This document shows, piece after piece, positions 31,592 to 41,717 of a stretch of 64,000 bases of DNA; positions within the stretch are counted from its first letter, which is position 1; the number at the start of each line of letters is the position of its first letter. The translations under genes were made by a program, and so were the position numbers. Below the pieces are notes generated by a model that was not told the DNA's origin, ran no database searches, and saw only the letters and a list, made by a program, of their open reading frames with translations. Source of the stretch: an uncultured delta proteobacterium (GTDB lineage: Bacteria; Myxococcota; Kuafuiibacteriia; Kuafuiibacteriales; Kuafuiibacteriaceae); the NCBI GenBank assembly GCA_963803435.1, contig CAWDML010000009.1, forward strand, positions 352,001-416,000, in the 5' to 3' direction.

Positions 31592-31959
31592 TCATGCAGC
31601 CCGGCGTGCGTTCATCGACTTGATGAGGCGCGTGAGCATCTCGACAACGCGCTTGAGCTTGGCTCTGGCGGCTTGGACCTTCTGCTCGTTGGCGAGTCGG
31701 CGCCTCGAGCAGGTATGGAGTGAGGCGGCGCTTTCGGTGCCAGAGCGAAGTGCCATCCGGTAGAAGCGAGCCTTCTCAGGTGGATTGAACTCTCCGGCGC
31801 CTCGGCGGTGTTGTTCACGATGGAATCGGATGCCCGCCGAAGCTGATCGCGGACGTGAGCGTAACCGGGTTGCAGTTCTTGTGCGATCTCTTCAGCGATG
31901 TCGGCCTACTCGACGGCGAGCTGGTAGGCCTCGAGCTTCTCGTGATCGAAAGTGACCAT
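31592..31959 (-). pseudogene. Four-helix-bundle protein pseudogene, copy B
   Basis: Same 368-bp sequence with the same TAG and 1-bp deletion as 26351-26718. Confidence 0.85.
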
Positions 31960-32005
31960 GCAAGCTGGCTTGCGGTAGCTCGTCCACTTTGACCAGCAGA
32001 AGTTC

Positions 32006-33134
32006 TTGGAGGTCGTTTCGTCTGGAATCGATCGTTGGGCGGATCGACTTCGACGCCTGGACTTGATCCCATGGTTTCGTGGCGAAGCAATACCGTTCTT
32101 GGACTCCGAGACGGACCCGCGAGGCGAGCGACCGTACTCGCCTCGAATGATGATCGCGCTGCTTCTGTACGCCTACTGCACCGGCATCTATTCGTCGCGG
32201 AGGATCGCGCGGGCGACCTACGAAGACATTCCATTCCGGGTGCTGGCTGGAGAAAGTCATCCCCACTTCACGACGATCAACGAGTTTCGGCTCGTCCACC
32301 TGGAGGCACTGAAAGCGCTCTTCCTCGAAGCCCTGAAGCTTTGCCAGAAAGCAGGTTTGGTGCGGCTCGGACACGTCGCACTCGATGGCTCGAAGGTGCA
32401 GGCGAACGCGAGCAAGCACAAGGCGATGACCTACGAGCGGATGGCCGAGGAGGAGAAGCGGCTGTCTCTCGAGATCGAAGAACTGCTGGAGCGAGCGGGC
32501 ACGATCGACCAAGAGGAAGACGAGCGGCTGGGCGTTGAAGAGACTGAAGAGGACATCCCAGCGGAGCTCGCTCGCCGTGAATCCCGCCTTGCCCGCATTC
32601 GAGAAGCGAAGGCTGCGCTGTGCCCAAGTTGTCGTAGATGAGCACGCTCAGGTGATTGTCGCCGAAGGGGTCAGCAACCAGGCACCTGATCAGCAACACC
32701 TCGTCCCGATGCTCCGTGATGTGTTCGGCAACTGCGGCGATGCTCCGCGGAAGATGACGGCAGACAACGGCTATCTGAGCGCGACCAACATCGAATTCTG
32801 CGACAACAATCAGATCGATGCCCACATCGCTGTTGGACGCGAACAGAACCAAGACGCGTCGACTCCGTCCTCATCAGCTTCGGAGCCCACACCTGCCTCG
32901 CTCGCTCGCTAGCGAATGCGAGACAAGTTGCAAACGCGCGACGGCAAGGCGGTCTACGCCCGCAGGAAGAGTATCGTCGAACCGGCGCTCGGACAGATCA
33001 AAGGGGCACGAGGATTCCGCCGGTTCTCGCTCCGCTCCTTCTTCAAGGTACGAGCCGAGTGGACGCTCGTCTGCCTCACCCACAACCTGCTCAAGCTCTA
33101 CCGATCGAAGCTCGCGACCGTCGCGAGCGTCTGA
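32006..33134 (+). pseudogene. IS1182 transposase pseudogene
   Basis: Frameshifting deletion near 32620 and AAG>TAG nonsense at 32910-32912 relative to copy A. Confidence 0.9.
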
Positions 33135-33226
33135 CTCAAGGCAGCCATCTTCAGATCGGGACCCGGACCGGGACCGGGACCGGGACCCGGACCGGGGTCG
33201 CGTGAGCGCTTACGCGCTACACGCTC

Positions 33227-34669
33227 CTAGTCCGGCTCGGCGTGGCCCGTCGCCAAGACGCAGAGCCCGCCCCGCTGCGCCACGTTGACCACCTGCTTCT
33301 GCGAGGCGCGGCCCAGCGCGGCGACGCCGAACGTCGTCGGCGCGAAGCCCCAGACCGTATAGAACGGCTCGAACGAGACGCTGCCGTCCGGCGCCAGGAC
33401 CGGGAACTCTCGGATCGGGATGGGCGTGAGGAGCTGGAGGACCGAGCGCTCGGTCCTTTGGAGCGCGGCGTCGAGGGCGGCGCTCCAGTCGGAGTCGGTG
33501 AGGGAGGCGCCGAGGATCACGCCCTCGCCGCCGTAGGAGCGGTTCGGCTTGAGGACCAGCGTCTCGCGCTCCTGATGGGCGTAGGGAAGGAGGTCGCCCA
33601 GCTCGCCGTGGGGGAGGGTGGTCCTCCGATCGGCGAGCAGGCGCGTCCAGAGGACGTGGCGCCGGAACACGCGGCGCTCCTCCGGCGTGAAGTGATCGCC
33701 GGCGATCTGCGGATCGGTGAGCACCTCCCAGCAGGCCTTCTGATCCAGCTCGGCCGCGATCGAGGAGATCATCCGGTTCTCGCGGAGCAGCTTCTTCATC
33801 GGCTCGACATCGACGCCCTGCTCCGACAGCTCGATCAGCTCGGCGACGGAGTAGTCGCGGTAGCCGAGATCGATCGCGTGCCCCTCGTAGGTGACCTCGT
33901 CGCCCGCGATCGCGAGCTCGCTCGGATCGGCGTGGAAGACCTGGAGGGAGAAGCGGGACTCGATGTACTTCGCGATCAGGGCCTGCTCGTCGGGGCCGCT
34001 CCCGGCGTACTTGGGCTCGATGAAGCAGATGGCCCGGCCGCCCCGTCCGATCGCCTCCAGGTGGTCGAGCGCGCCCTGCATCAGGAGATCGCGGATGTCG
34101 GGGCCGCGCGAGAGGTCCAGCGTGGGATCGAAGGCCTTGAGCCGCGGCATGACCACCGAGGCGACGATCCGTTCGGCGGTCGGGATCATGTGCAGCCCGC
34201 CGATGCCGCTCATGTTCGGCTCGAGGAAGCGCAGCGTGTCCTTCCAGTGCGAGCTGGTGAAGTCGGCGACCGCGTCGAGGCGGCCGAAGACCGGATTGTC
34301 CTCGTGGTGGCTCCGGCCCCAGCAGCCGAGGATCCAGGCCTCCTCGGCGGCGGGCACCTGGAGCACCTCGCGGAGCCGCGGATCGCGAAGGTAGAGATCG
34401 GGGAGCCGCTTGAGCGCGCGGTGGAGCGTCAGCGACACCGAGTGGACGTACGAGAGCTGCTCGGGGAGCGCCGTGAGCGGGCACGCGAGCAGGCGGATGA
34501 CGTCGACCTCGCTGTCGCGCAGATAGGTGAGCTCTTGCGCCGCCGCCTCGCGCTTGAGCTCGGCCATCATCTCGCGGAGGGACGCGTCGGAGAGCTTGTG
34601 GAAGGCGAGGCGAACCCGATTGGCCAGCGCCATCCCGCTGAGACCGAGCTTTTCCGCCGGAGTGAGCAT
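33227..34669 (-). CDS. Circularly permuted ATP-grasp (glutathionylspermidine-synthase-like) ligase
   Basis: RLD, LEPN, LVLKPNRSYGGEGVILG, VVNVAQRGG. Confidence 0.75.
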   Translation of the reverse strand: MLTPAEKLGLSGMALANRVRLAFHKLSDASLREMMAELKREAAAQELTYLRDSEVDVIRLLACPLTALPEQLSYVHSVSLTLHRALKRLPDLYLRDPRLREVLQVPAAEEAWILGCWGRSHHEDNPVFGRLDAVADFTSSHWKDTLRFLEPNMSGIGGLHMIPTAERIVASVVMPRLKAFDPTLDLSRGPDIRDLLMQGALDHLEAIGRGGRAICFIEPKYAGSGPDEQALIAKYIESRFSLQVFHADPSELAIAGDEVTYEGHAIDLGYRDYSVAELIELSEQGVDVEPMKKLLRENRMISSIAAELDQKACWEVLTDPQIAGDHFTPEERRVFRRHVLWTRLLADRRTTLPHGELGDLLPYAHQERETLVLKPNRSYGGEGVILGASLTDSDWSAALDAALQRTERSVLQLLTPIPIREFPVLAPDGSVSFEPFYTVWGFAPTTFGVAALGRASQKQVVNVAQRGGLCVLATGHAEPD

Positions 34670-34745
34670 GCGGGTTTACGGTGGCACGGCGCCCGGACGT
34701 CGTCCAGGAGGTGACCGGCCCGAGCCGCTGGGCTACCAGCGACAC

Positions 34746-36245
34746 ATGGACGCGGCGCGCGCGTACGGCGAGCTGCTCGCGCGCTTCCGTGAGGTCGCGC
34801 TCCTGTCGTCGTGCTCGACGCTCCTCGGCTGGGACGAGGAGACGTACATGCCCTCGGGCGGGATCGAGCACCGCGCGCATCAGATCGCGCTGCTCGCCGG
34901 GCTGCGCCACGAGCGCCTCGCGGATCCGGTGCTCGGCGATCTGATCGAGTCCGCCGCGGAGCTAGGGACGCTGAACGAGCTCGCGAACGTGCGCGCGGCG
35001 TCGCGGCTCCATCGACGCCACAGCCGCGTCCCCAAGATCCTCGTCGAGGAGATCGCCGAGACCACCACCATGGGCCAGCACGTCTGGGCGGGTGCGCGGG
35101 CCTCCGAGTCGCCCGAGCCGCTGTTGCCATGGCTCGATCGCATCGTCGCGCTCAAGCGGCGGGAGGCGGAGGCGATCGGCTACGCCGAGGGCGGCGAGGC
35201 GTACGACGTGGCCCTCGACGAGTTCGAGCCCGGCTCGAGCACCGTCGAGATCGAGACGCTCCTGGCGGAGCTGGCGCGGGACGTCCGCCCGCTGCTCGAT
35301 TGGATCCTCGGCGCCACCAAGGTCATCCCCAAGGAGCTCCTCCGCGGGGCCTACCCGATCGACGCGCAGCGCGCCTTCGCGGTCGAGGCGGCCACCGCGG
35401 TCGGCTTCGACTTCGAGCGCGGGCGGCTCGACACCAGCCCTCATCCGTTCAGCGCAGCGGTGGGGCCCGGCGACTGCCGGCTGACCACGCGCTTTCTCCC
35501 GGACGACTTCTCGGAGGGCTTCTTCTGCACGCTGCACGAGGTCGGCCACGGGCTCTTCGATCAGGGGATCGCGCCGGCGGTCTTCGCGCTCCCGGGCGGA
35601 GACGCGCCGTCGCTGGGCCTTCACGAGTCGCAGTCGCGGCTCTGGGAGAACTTCGTCGCGCGTACCTTGGGTTTCTGGACCCACTTCCTCCCCCGCGCGC
35701 GCCGGGCCTTCACGCCCACGCTCGATCGGGTCTCGCTCGACACGTTCCACGCGGCCGTCAACCACGTGGCGCCCTCGAAGCTGCGCGTCCGCGCCGACAT
35801 GGTCACCTACGACCTCCACATCCTGGTGCGCTTCGAGCTGGAGCGCGCGCTCTTCCGCGGAGACCTCGGTGTCGGCGAGATCTCCGAGGCGTGGGACGCG
35901 AAGTACCGGGAGCACCTGGGTCTCACGCCGTCGAGCCCGCGCGAGGGCATGCTCCAGGACGGACACTGGGCCGCCGGCATGTTCGGTTACTTTCCCACCT
36001 ACACGCTGGGGAACCTGATCGCCGCGCAGCTCTACGGCGCGGCCGAGCGCGCGCTGGGCGATCTCGAGGCGCTCTTCGCCCGCGGCGAGTTCGCGCCGCT
36101 GCTCGGCTGGCTTCGAGAGAACGTGCATGCCCTCGGTCATCGGCCCGCGAAGGAGGTGGTCCTCGCCGCCACCGGGGCGCCGCCCTCGCACCGCGCGCTG
36201 GTCGCGCGGCTGACCGACCGGCTCTCGCCGATCTACCGGCTCTGA
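34746..36245 (+). CDS. Carboxypeptidase, M32 family
   Basis: HPF, HEVGH, HESQS, QDGHW, GYFPTYTLG. Confidence 0.93.
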   Translation: MDAARAYGELLARFREVALLSSCSTLLGWDEETYMPSGGIEHRAHQIALLAGLRHERLADPVLGDLIESAAELGTLNELANVRAASRLHRRHSRVPKILVEEIAETTTMGQHVWAGARASESPEPLLPWLDRIVALKRREAEAIGYAEGGEAYDVALDEFEPGSSTVEIETLLAELARDVRPLLDWILGATKVIPKELLRGAYPIDAQRAFAVEAATAVGFDFERGRLDTSPHPFSAAVGPGDCRLTTRFLPDDFSEGFFCTLHEVGHGLFDQGIAPAVFALPGGDAPSLGLHESQSRLWENFVARTLGFWTHFLPRARRAFTPTLDRVSLDTFHAAVNHVAPSKLRVRADMVTYDLHILVRFELERALFRGDLGVGEISEAWDAKYREHLGLTPSSPREGMLQDGHWAAGMFGYFPTYTLGNLIAAQLYGAAERALGDLEALFARGEFAPLLGWLRENVHALGHRPAKEVVLAATGAPPSHRALVARLTDRLSPIYRL

Positions 36246-36251
36246 GCTATC

Positions 36252-36734
36252 TTGGCGTCGATGCGGATCGTGCTCCGACTCCGCGATGGCAAGGTGATCA
36301 CCGGCTACGCCACCGCGTTCGATCCCCAGGACGGCTCGGTGATGGTGATGCTCTCACCGACGTCGCCCGCCGGCAGCCTGATCGACCTCGACAGCGTCGA
36401 GCTCCTGGTCCTCGAGCCCACCGACGGCAAGGCGCTGCCCGCCTTCGTGCGCCGCCCCGTCGAGCCCAGCCCGGGCGTCCGGGTGGTCTTCGCCGACGGC
36501 ACCCTCTTGATCGGCGCCGGCGGCGTGGTGGACGGCCTGGGCGTCTGGATGTGCCCGCCGGAGGATCACTTCGCGCGCGCGTTCATCCCGCAGGGCGCGG
36601 CCCGCTACGTGGAGCTTCTGGACCAGGCGCCCAGCGAGGTCCCGGCCGGCATGTGGGCGTTTCTGAACGACTCCACGCCGACAGACGAGGTCGAGGTACC
36701 GACGGGACCCACGGACGTCACCGAGATGGTGTAG
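36252..36734 (+). CDS. Hypothetical protein
   Basis: Two similar beta-rich halves (LRDGKVITG / FADGTLLIG). Confidence 0.65.
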   Translation: MASMRIVLRLRDGKVITGYATAFDPQDGSVMVMLSPTSPAGSLIDLDSVELLVLEPTDGKALPAFVRRPVEPSPGVRVVFADGTLLIGAGGVVDGLGVWMCPPEDHFARAFIPQGAARYVELLDQAPSEVPAGMWAFLNDSTPTDEVEVPTGPTDVTEMV

Positions 36735-36838
36735 GCGAACGCCGGGGGTCCGTTGCCCGCTCCCATGACATCGGCTCAAGATGTCGGAGTCCTGCCGGTC
36801 CTCTGGACCCGCGGGTCGAACGTCGTAGGGTCTCGATC

Positions 36839-37357
36839 GTGCGGGCATACTTCGACAAGTTTGGACCGATGGTGTACCGGCGCGCGCTGGTCCTCCTCGG
36901 CGATCCGAACGAGGCCGAGGACGCGACGCAGGAGGTCTTCATCCGCGCGCTCCAGAACGAGGACAAGTTTCGCGCGGAGTCCTCGGTGTCGACCTGGCTC
37001 TATCGCATCACCACCAACTATTGCCTCAACCAGGTGCGCAACCGGGCCACCCGCCGCCGGATCCTCGAGGCCCACGGGAAGGATCCTGTGGTCCACCCCA
37101 TCGAGGCCGAGCCCGCCAACATGATCGCGATCCGGCGCCTTCTGGCCGAGGCCGACGAGCGCCAGGCGACCGCCGCCGTCTACGTGTATGTGGACGGCAT
37201 GCGTCGCGAGGAGGTGGCGGAGCTCCTCGGGTGCTCCGTCCGCACCGTGGGTAACCTGCTGGATCGTTTCAATGAATGGGCGAGGCATGCGCTCGACGAT
37301 GTCCCTGCCTGCCGCCCCGCGACCCTCGAGTGTCTAACCGAGGAGACCTCGGGATGA
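36839..37357 (+). CDS. ECF RNA polymerase sigma factor (start uncertain)
   Basis: AEDATQEVF, STWLYRITTNYCLN, EEVAELLG. Confidence 0.9.
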   Translation: MRAYFDKFGPMVYRRALVLLGDPNEAEDATQEVFIRALQNEDKFRAESSVSTWLYRITTNYCLNQVRNRATRRRILEAHGKDPVVHPIEAEPANMIAIRRLLAEADERQATAAVYVYVDGMRREEVAELLGCSVRTVGNLLDRFNEWARHALDDVPACRPATLECLTEETSG

Positions 37358-38134
37358 GCATGGGCCGCACACACCTGGAGCCTCGGGGGCACCTCCCCTC
37401 GGAGGCCTGTCCCTCGGAGCTCGAGCTCGACCGCTTTCACTTCGGTGAGCTCGGCGGTGCGGCGGAGGCGACCCTGGGTGCGCACCTCGAGGCGTGCCGC
37501 GTGTGTACGTCCCGGCTGCGGGCGCGCGAGCGCGGCTTCGGCGCCTTCGAGGCCGTCGACCCCGACCGGATGTTCGCGCGGGTCGAGGCGCGGCTCGCCC
37601 GGGGCCGCCGGCCCTGGGGGTCGATCCGGAGCGTCTCCTGGGTGCCGCTGGCAGCGGCGGCCGCGGCCGCCTTCCTGTTCGTGTCGAGGACGCCCGACCC
37701 GGGCCCGGAGATTATCCGCAGCAAGGGCAGCCTCCGCCTCTCGGTGTATCGAGAGCACGACGGCGCCGTCGAGGCGTTCAGCGCGGGCCCCGCGCTGGTG
37801 CACAGCGGCGATCGCGTGCGGTTCAAGGTCGATCTCCCGGAGCAGGGCGACGGATCCCGAGATCCTGATCGTCGGCCTCGAGGAGAACGGCAAGCTGTTC
37901 ACCTACTATCCCAGCGACGGCAGCCGCCGCTCGTCCAAACCCGAGATCCGTCCCGACGGCGCGCTCGCCGGCGCCATCCAGCTCGACGCCTATCCGGGGG
38001 ACGAGTGGCTCCATCTGGTGCGGTGTCCGCGCGGGTTCTCGGTCGCCGACCTCGACGGATCGCACGGACCGAAGAACCTCGGCATCCCCAAGGAGTGTGA
38101 ACAGACCGCGTTCTTGATGAAGCGATTGAAGTGA
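37354..38134 (+). CDS. Anti-sigma factor (zinc-finger HxxxCxxC, TM, DUF4384-like domain), probable +1 frameshift near 37853
   Basis: HLEACRVC, TM segment, RSKG, GDRVRF; downstream half in another frame. Confidence 0.8.
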
Positions 38135-39720
38135 TGCGTGGCCTCTCGCTCCTCTCCCTCGCGTTCATGGCGCTGGCCTCGACAGCGCAGGGGGCGGAGC
38201 GCCGGTACGCGGTCATCATCGGCAACAATCTGGGACAGGAAGGCGATCGCCCGCTCCGCTACGCCGAGCGCGACGCCGAGAACCTGGGCGGCGTCCTACG
38301 GCGGCTGGGCTCCCTCGACGCCCAGGACACCGTGCTGCTCCTCGGCGAAGACGCCAGCTCGATCCGGCGCGCGCTGCTCGAGGTCAACGCGCGCATCCGC
38401 AGCGAGAGCGATCTGCCGGGCTTTCACAGCACGCTCGTCGTCTATTACTCCGGCCACGCCGACGTGGAGGGCCTCCACCCGGGCCCGGCCGAGAGCCTCT
38501 CCTACGAGGAGCTTCGCGCCATCATGCGCGGTTCTCCGGCCAACGTCCGCCTGCTCGTGCTGGACGCCTGCCGCTCGGGCGAGCTCACGCACGTCAAGGG
38601 CGGCAAGCCCGCCGCCGAGTTCCACCTCACCGCCGACTCGATGCCCGACGTCGAGGGCCTGGTGATGATCTCCTCGAGCGCGGCGGGCGAGGACAGCCAC
38701 GAGTCGGAGCGGCTGGGCGCGTCGTTCTTCTCGCACCACTTCTCCAACGCGCTGCTCGGCGCCGGCGACGAGAACGGCGATGGTCGCATCACGCTGAACG
38801 AAGCGTACGCCTACGCCTACCAGAACACGCTGCGGGCCAGCGGTCAGACGATGACGCTGCAGCACCCCACGTATTCCTACGATCTCAAGGGCCGCGGCGA
38901 GCTGGTGATGACCAAGCTCAGCGGCGACGACGGCCGCTCGGCCTCGCTGGAGCTGGCGGAGGCCGGCCTCTACCTGATCCTCGAGGGCCCGGAGGAGAGC
39001 GGGGACGTCGTCGCCGAGATCCGGACGCCCCGCAATCACACGCGGCTCGCGCTGCCCGCCCGCAGCTACCTGGTCCAGCGGCGCACCGCGGATCACTACC
39101 GCGAGTATGCGGTGAACCTCGAGCCCGGCGCGGTGGTGAAGCTCGATCGCCTCGAGTACAAGCGGATCGGCTACGCGCGGCTGGTCCGCAAGGGGACCGA
39201 GGACAAGCTGTTCGCGCACGGCGTCTACCTGATGGGCTCCGTCCGCGGGTCGCTGCTCGACGGCCTCGGGGCCGCCTACGCGGGGACGATCAGCTACGCC
39301 CTCGATCTCGAGCTGGTGAGCTTCGGCTTCCGCTTCCGCTACGGCCTGTCGCCGGCGGAGCCGCTCGGTGAGACCGCGACCGTTCAACACGAGGAGATCG
39401 GGCTGGCGTTGACCGCGCAGCACTTCGTCGATCTGCCGATCGTGTCGATCGGTGTGGGCTTGATCGCGGAGGGCATCCGCCACCGCCAGCACTTCGATCG
39501 ACGCAACGAGCTCTCGGATCGCATCGGCTATGGCGGCGCCTTCGGAGGCATCTTCACGCTGGAGACGCGTCTGTACGGGCCGCTGGTCCTGCGGGCCGAG
39601 GGCGGACCGATCACGTACGTCTTCCAGCGCACGGTGGTCGAAGCCGGCGCGCAGGTTGCCAAGGAGAGCGCCTCGGCCGTCACCGGCTTCGCCAACCTGG
39701 GGCTCGGATGGCAGTTCTGA
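38131..39720 (+). CDS. Secreted caspase-family (peptidase C14) protein with putative C-terminal beta-barrel
   Basis: Signal peptide, LRYAERDA, YYSGHA, LDACRSG; ends LGLGWQF. Confidence 0.88.
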   Translation: MMRGLSLLSLAFMALASTAQGAERRYAVIIGNNLGQEGDRPLRYAERDAENLGGVLRRLGSLDAQDTVLLLGEDASSIRRALLEVNARIRSESDLPGFHSTLVVYYSGHADVEGLHPGPAESLSYEELRAIMRGSPANVRLLVLDACRSGELTHVKGGKPAAEFHLTADSMPDVEGLVMISSSAAGEDSHESERLGASFFSHHFSNALLGAGDENGDGRITLNEAYAYAYQNTLRASGQTMTLQHPTYSYDLKGRGELVMTKLSGDDGRSASLELAEAGLYLILEGPEESGDVVAEIRTPRNHTRLALPARSYLVQRRTADHYREYAVNLEPGAVVKLDRLEYKRIGYARLVRKGTEDKLFAHGVYLMGSVRGSLLDGLGAAYAGTISYALDLELVSFGFRFRYGLSPAEPLGETATVQHEEIGLALTAQHFVDLPIVSIGVGLIAEGIRHRQHFDRRNELSDRIGYGGAFGGIFTLETRLYGPLVLRAEGGPITYVFQRTVVEAGAQVAKESASAVTGFANLGLGWQF

Positions 39721-40598
39721 GGTGGGCGCCCCTCGCGGGCGTGCTGCTGATCGGGTGCGGCGACGCGCTGGTGACACAGGACTACCGCGGCGTCCCGCTC
39801 TTCACGATCGAGGGTCGCGTCACCGACATCCGCTACGAGTTCCAGGTCGGTGAGCAGCTGCAGGCGTCCGTCTTCTGGAGCCTGGCGGGGGACACCACCA
39901 TCAACCCTGCGGATCTGGTGGAGCAGACCGCGGTGGCCGTGCGTGTCACCTTTCCGGCGGCGTTCCGGATCAACCTGTTCGACGAGCCCGACCCGGAGCT
40001 CGTCAACGCCAACCGTCTCTACTGGCTGGGCCAGATCATGGTCTACGAGGATGAGGACCAGAACGGTCGCTTCTCCCCGGGCGAGCTTCGCGGCGGCGCG
40101 TCGTACTCCGCCCTCCTGTTCGCCGCGCACCCGCTCCTCCGCGACGAGTCACCCACGGGGCAGGCGCTCCCAGCGGGCTTCACGGTGGTGAACCTCCCGC
40201 TCCCCTGCAGCGTCCCGGACGTGACCCCTCCGGTCCAGGGCGAGGACTGCGGCGTGCCCCTCGGGTCGGGCTGCACCTCCAGCGGGGACTGCGGCCGCGG
40301 GGTCTGCCTCACCAGCGACGGCTACGCCACCTTCCCCGACGGTTACTGCTCGCTCCCCGAGCAGGACGGCTGCGTGCCGTCCAACAGCGCGGTGGGATAC
40401 TTCTACATCCCGCCCCAGACCCCGATCGACCAGGAGCATACGAGCTACTACTACGCGGCCTGCGGGTCCGATCGGGACTGCCGTCCCGGCTATGAGTGCT
40501 TCGCCTATGCGAACGCCTGCCTGCCCAAGCTCCCGGTTTTCATCGATATTTTCCCAGGCTTCCGGTACTCGCCGCTCTGCGGCCGACCGGGCGCATGA
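39708..40598 (+). CDS. Cys-rich lipoprotein
   Basis: LIGC lipobox, YRGVPLFTIEG, FPAAF, Cys-rich C-terminus. Confidence 0.75.
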   Translation: MAVLRWAPLAGVLLIGCGDALVTQDYRGVPLFTIEGRVTDIRYEFQVGEQLQASVFWSLAGDTTINPADLVEQTAVAVRVTFPAAFRINLFDEPDPELVNANRLYWLGQIMVYEDEDQNGRFSPGELRGGASYSALLFAAHPLLRDESPTGQALPAGFTVVNLPLPCSVPDVTPPVQGEDCGVPLGSGCTSSGDCGRGVCLTSDGYATFPDGYCSLPEQDGCVPSNSAVGYFYIPPQTPIDQEHTSYYYAACGSDRDCRPGYECFAYANACLPKLPVFIDIFPGFRYSPLCGRPGA

Positions 40599-40743
40599 CC
40601 GGCTGCCGATTCTTTGCCCTCGAGGGTCCAACGAACGACCCGGCATGTGCTCCCGTACGCGGTCTGTCTTCTGCTGACCTGCGCTCCTCATCGGCGAGGG
40701 CTCTTCCGACCCCACTGCCGCCGGTGGGGAGCGACAGGTCGGT

Positions 40744-41163
40744 CTACTGCCCCGGATCGGAGAGCGTGCGGATCGCGGTCCGGACGAAGTCGGCCTCCGT
40801 CACGATCCCCACCACCTGTTGATCCTGAACCACCGGCAGGCAGCCGAATTTGTTCTCCCAGAGGAGCTCGGCGGCGGTCAGCGCGAGGTCGTCGGGGCCG
40901 ATCGTCCGGACCTCGGTGGTCATGATCTCGCGGACGCGCACGAGCGCCTCGTCCATGTTGGGCCCGCGATCCCGGTAGAGCTCCGCGAAGGCCCGCAACA
41001 GATCGCGGTGCGTCACCAGCCCCAGCAGGCGACCCTGGTGGTCGGTGACCGGGAGGTGGCGGATTCGCCCCAGCGTCATCACCGTGTTCGCGAGATCCAT
41101 GGTCTCGTCGTCGAACAGCGTCTCCACGTCGGGGGACATCAGGTCCTTCACCTTCATCGGCAT
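40744..41163 (-). CDS. CBS-pair protein
   Basis: IRHLPV, GLVTHRDL, FGCLPVV, GIVTEADF; GGAGG RBS. Confidence 0.9.
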   Translation of the reverse strand: MPMKVKDLMSPDVETLFDDETMDLANTVMTLGRIRHLPVTDHQGRLLGLVTHRDLLRAFAELYRDRGPNMDEALVRVREIMTTEVRTIGPDDLALTAAELLWENKFGCLPVVQDQQVVGIVTEADFVRTAIRTLSDPGQ

Positions 41164-41178
41164 CTCGACCTCCCAAAC

Positions 41179-41194
41179 CGCAAGCAACATGCCA
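41179..41194 (-). promoter_or_regulatory. Sigma-54 promoter (-24/-12)
   Basis: TGGCATGTTGCTTGCG upstream of the CBS gene. Confidence 0.8.
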
Positions 41195-41215
41195 CGCAAG
41201 ACCTCCGTGGTCGGG

Positions 41216-41708
41216 CTAGCCCGCCGTGCTCACCTCGTCCGCTCCGCCCGCGGGCTCGGTCTTCACGGTCAGCACGGGGCAGGGCGACAGTCGGACGACG
41301 CGCTCCGCCACACTGCCCATCAGGAAGTGGGACAGTCCGCTACGCCCGTGCGTCCCCATCACGATCAGATCGAACCCCTCCTCACGGACGATCGCGACGA
41401 TCGTATCTTCTGCGCGCCCGGACTCGAGGCGCGTCCCCACGCGCACGCCCGACAGGTCGAACGCCGCGATGAAGCGGCCGAGCGCGACTTGCGCCTCCCG
41501 GGCGATCCACTCGGTGGCGGTCTGGTAGGGCTGATCCGGGAACCCCATCAGCACGTCGCTGCTGCTCGCCAGGGCCGGGAGGCTCCACACGTGGACGACC
41601 TCGAGCTCGGCGCCGAGGGTCCTCGCCATCAACAGCGCGTAGCGCATGGCCTCCCTCGCGCATTCGGAGAAGTCGACCGGGACCAGAGATCCTCTTGATG
41701 TCGTCCAT
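41216..41708 (-). CDS. Universal stress protein, probable +1 frameshift near 41687
   Basis: MDDIKRI/LVPVDFS, DLIVMGTHGRSG, GSVAERVVR; strong RBS. Confidence 0.88.
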
Positions 41709-41717
41709 GCCTCCTCC

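Larger units (their letters stand above)
31522..33226 (+). mobile_element. IS1182-family element copy B (1705 bp), internally deleted
   Basis: CTAG directly flanks both ends; lacks 308 bp of copy A (25382-25689) and has one extra hexamer in the right TIR. Confidence 0.9.
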
